IMG/VR virus record: IMGVR_UViG_3300000271_000005
Location: 1-53,108 of that record
Length of the DNA stretch: 53,108 nt
DNA from: a virus
Strand: one strand, 5' to 3'
Position numbers and translations under genes: made by a program. Below, one piece after another: positions 52,030 to 53,108 of this stretch. Numbering within the stretch: the stretch's first letter is position 1; the number at the start of each line of letters is the position of its first letter. A model generated the notes under the pieces. That model saw only the letters and a list, made by a program, of their open reading frames with translations, made no database searches and had not been told where the DNA came from.

Positions 52030-52578
52030 TTAGTCCCTCACGAGTGAGAATATTGCTGAATACGTCTGCTTGAATCCAGCCAGGGCCATGATTTCGTGAT
52101 CACCCTCTTTAAGCTTCGCCCTGACTGCGTCGCTGACCCAGCTGTATTCGGTTTTAATCAGATCGGGATATTTAATCTTCATCGCTGCCGTTGCTTCGGC
52201 CTTGATGTCAACGGCCGGTCTTCCGTTCTTTCTTAAGCTGACGACGTATTCATTGCCCGTGAACTTGTCAAAGCCATTATCCTGCATCGACTTGACAAGA
52301 TGCTCCTTAACGCGCTTGATGTTGGCCTCGATTGCTTTTTTGGCCTTATTGATTTCCTTCTCGCGCCGAGCCAAGAACTCCGCCTGCACTTCGAGCTTAT
52401 CCAGAACGTATTTATAACTGTCGACCTTGACCCGGCCGTTCTCGATCAGGTCGATTTGTTCGTCCAGGTTAAGCTCGATCATCTCCTCGTCAACGGCCTT
52501 CAGGGCCGAGAGCAGGTTGAATAGGGTGGGCTTGGCTGGCTCTGCAACGGCAAGCGCAGTGCTGGTTTCGGGCGTCAT
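52030..52578 (-). CDS. Siphovirus Gp157-like protein
   Basis: AAGGAG SD before the ATG at 52578. The coiled-coil N-half plus FTGNEYVVSLRKNGRPAVDI pattern is typical of the Gp157 family. Confidence 0.5.
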   Translation of the reverse strand: MTPETSTALAVAEPAKPTLFNLLSALKAVDEEMIELNLDEQIDLIENGRVKVDSYKYVLDKLEVQAEFLARREKEINKAKKAIEANIKRVKEHLVKSMQDNGFDKFTGNEYVVSLRKNGRPAVDIKAEATAAMKIKYPDLIKTEYSWVSDAVRAKLKEGDHEIMALAGFKQTYSAIFSLVRD

Positions 52579-52655
52579 GTTGATCTCCTTTATAATCGCA
52601 ACCGTCTGGTACTCAACGGTTTTAGCAAATCGCCTTGCGCTGCGCAAGGCATTTT

Positions 52656-53108
52656 TTATCCGTGGTTGCTTTCTTGAACCATACCCTTGCTCTCCCGGAA
52701 GTCGTCCCAGAGCCGGTCCAGATTGGTGGCTTTCGCGACGATGGGCCTATCGCGAAGCCTGCGGACGTTTCGGACGTGCATGGTGAACTCCACGGTCAGC
52801 ACGCGATCGGAGTTCCATAGGCCCGCCATAAACGGGTTCAGGCATTGATGGATGAAATCCTTATCCGGGTCGTCGAAACAGCCCTGCACCTGCTTGGCAA
52901 ATGAGACGTAATTACCCCCTACAAGGGAAAGGACCGGAGGGGCCTTGGCCCCTTTCCTTTCCTTTCCTTTAGGAGCACTAGGAGGAGTTACGGGAGGAGA
53001 AGAAGGATTAGTATAAGTCCCCCCTATTTCGGGGGAGGCTGCCCCCCCTGTTTCGGGGGAGGCTGTACCCCCTATTTCGGGGGAGGCTGTACCCCCTATT
53101 TCGGGGGA
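52656..53108 (-). CDS. 3' part of the same junction-spanning initiator-like gene (P/S/K-rich linker plus C-terminal domain)
   Basis: The frame of the 52656-52889 ORF stays open up to the window end and is in phase with the 1-528 part. There are no stops across the repeat array. Confidence 0.8.
   Translation of the reverse strand, partial: SPEIGGTASPEIGGTASPETGGAASPEIGGTYTNPSSPPVTPPSAPKGKERKGAKAPPVLSLVGGNYVSFAKQVQGCFDDPDKDFIHQCLNPFMAGLWNSDRVLTVEFTMHVRNVRRLRDRPIVAKATNLDRLWDDFRESKGMVQESNHG
53017..53108. repeat. 24-bp tandem repeat array, right copy; 53028-53108 duplicates 1-81 (terminal overlap)
   Basis: Base-by-base comparison shows the last 81 nt equal the first 81 nt. A degenerate partial unit GTCCCCCCTAT precedes it. 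Confidence 0.95.

Overview
This window looks like a complete tailed-phage genome of about 53.0 kb. Positions 1-81 are identical to 53028-53108, giving a unit length of 53,027 bp. The sequence therefore either closes into a circle or carries a short terminal redundancy. One gene reads in frame across that junction. Most genes are on the minus strand.

Layout:
- About 19.0-46.5 kb is a Mu-like myovirus morphogenesis block. It holds small and large terminase, portal, a gpF-like head protein, a gpI-like protease/scaffold, a decoration protein, major capsid, connector proteins, sheath, tube, tape measure, a gp43-gp48-like baseplate and two tail fibres. I found no transposase, integrase or partition ATPase.
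- About 46.5-53.1 kb, wrapping to 0.5 kb, is a recombination/replication block. It holds an RHH protein, RusA, a glycosyltransferase, a RecT-like protein, a Gp157-like protein and a winged-helix initiator-like gene carrying an internal 24-bp repeat array.
- About 0.9-19 kb is accessory. It holds an amidase, a lytic transglycosylase with a holin-like protein, a secreted CAP-domain lipoprotein, a secreted subtilase, an outer-membrane beta-barrel protein and several small genes. It also holds a regulatory region with palindromic operators, a triple-HTH protein, a C5 DNA methyltransferase, two paralogous ParB-domain proteins and a sugar-modification cassette next to the tail fibres.

Most notable observations:
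1. The terminase large subunit carries a P-loop intein. Its central region has no in-frame endonuclease. Instead, the opposite strand encodes a complete HTH+HNH homing-endonuclease gene with its own Shine-Dalgarno site, and both strands stay open over 720 nt.
2. A second, classical LAGLIDADG intein interrupts a glycosyltransferase.
3. A lambda-O/ori-like arrangement places iteron-like repeats inside the initiator gene.
4. Glycan-biosynthesis genes are dispersed across the genome, and AT-rich morons split the head and tail modules.
5. A 458-bp GC-rich ORF-free gap lies between convergent genes.

All functional calls come from reading motifs in the translations. No database search was run.
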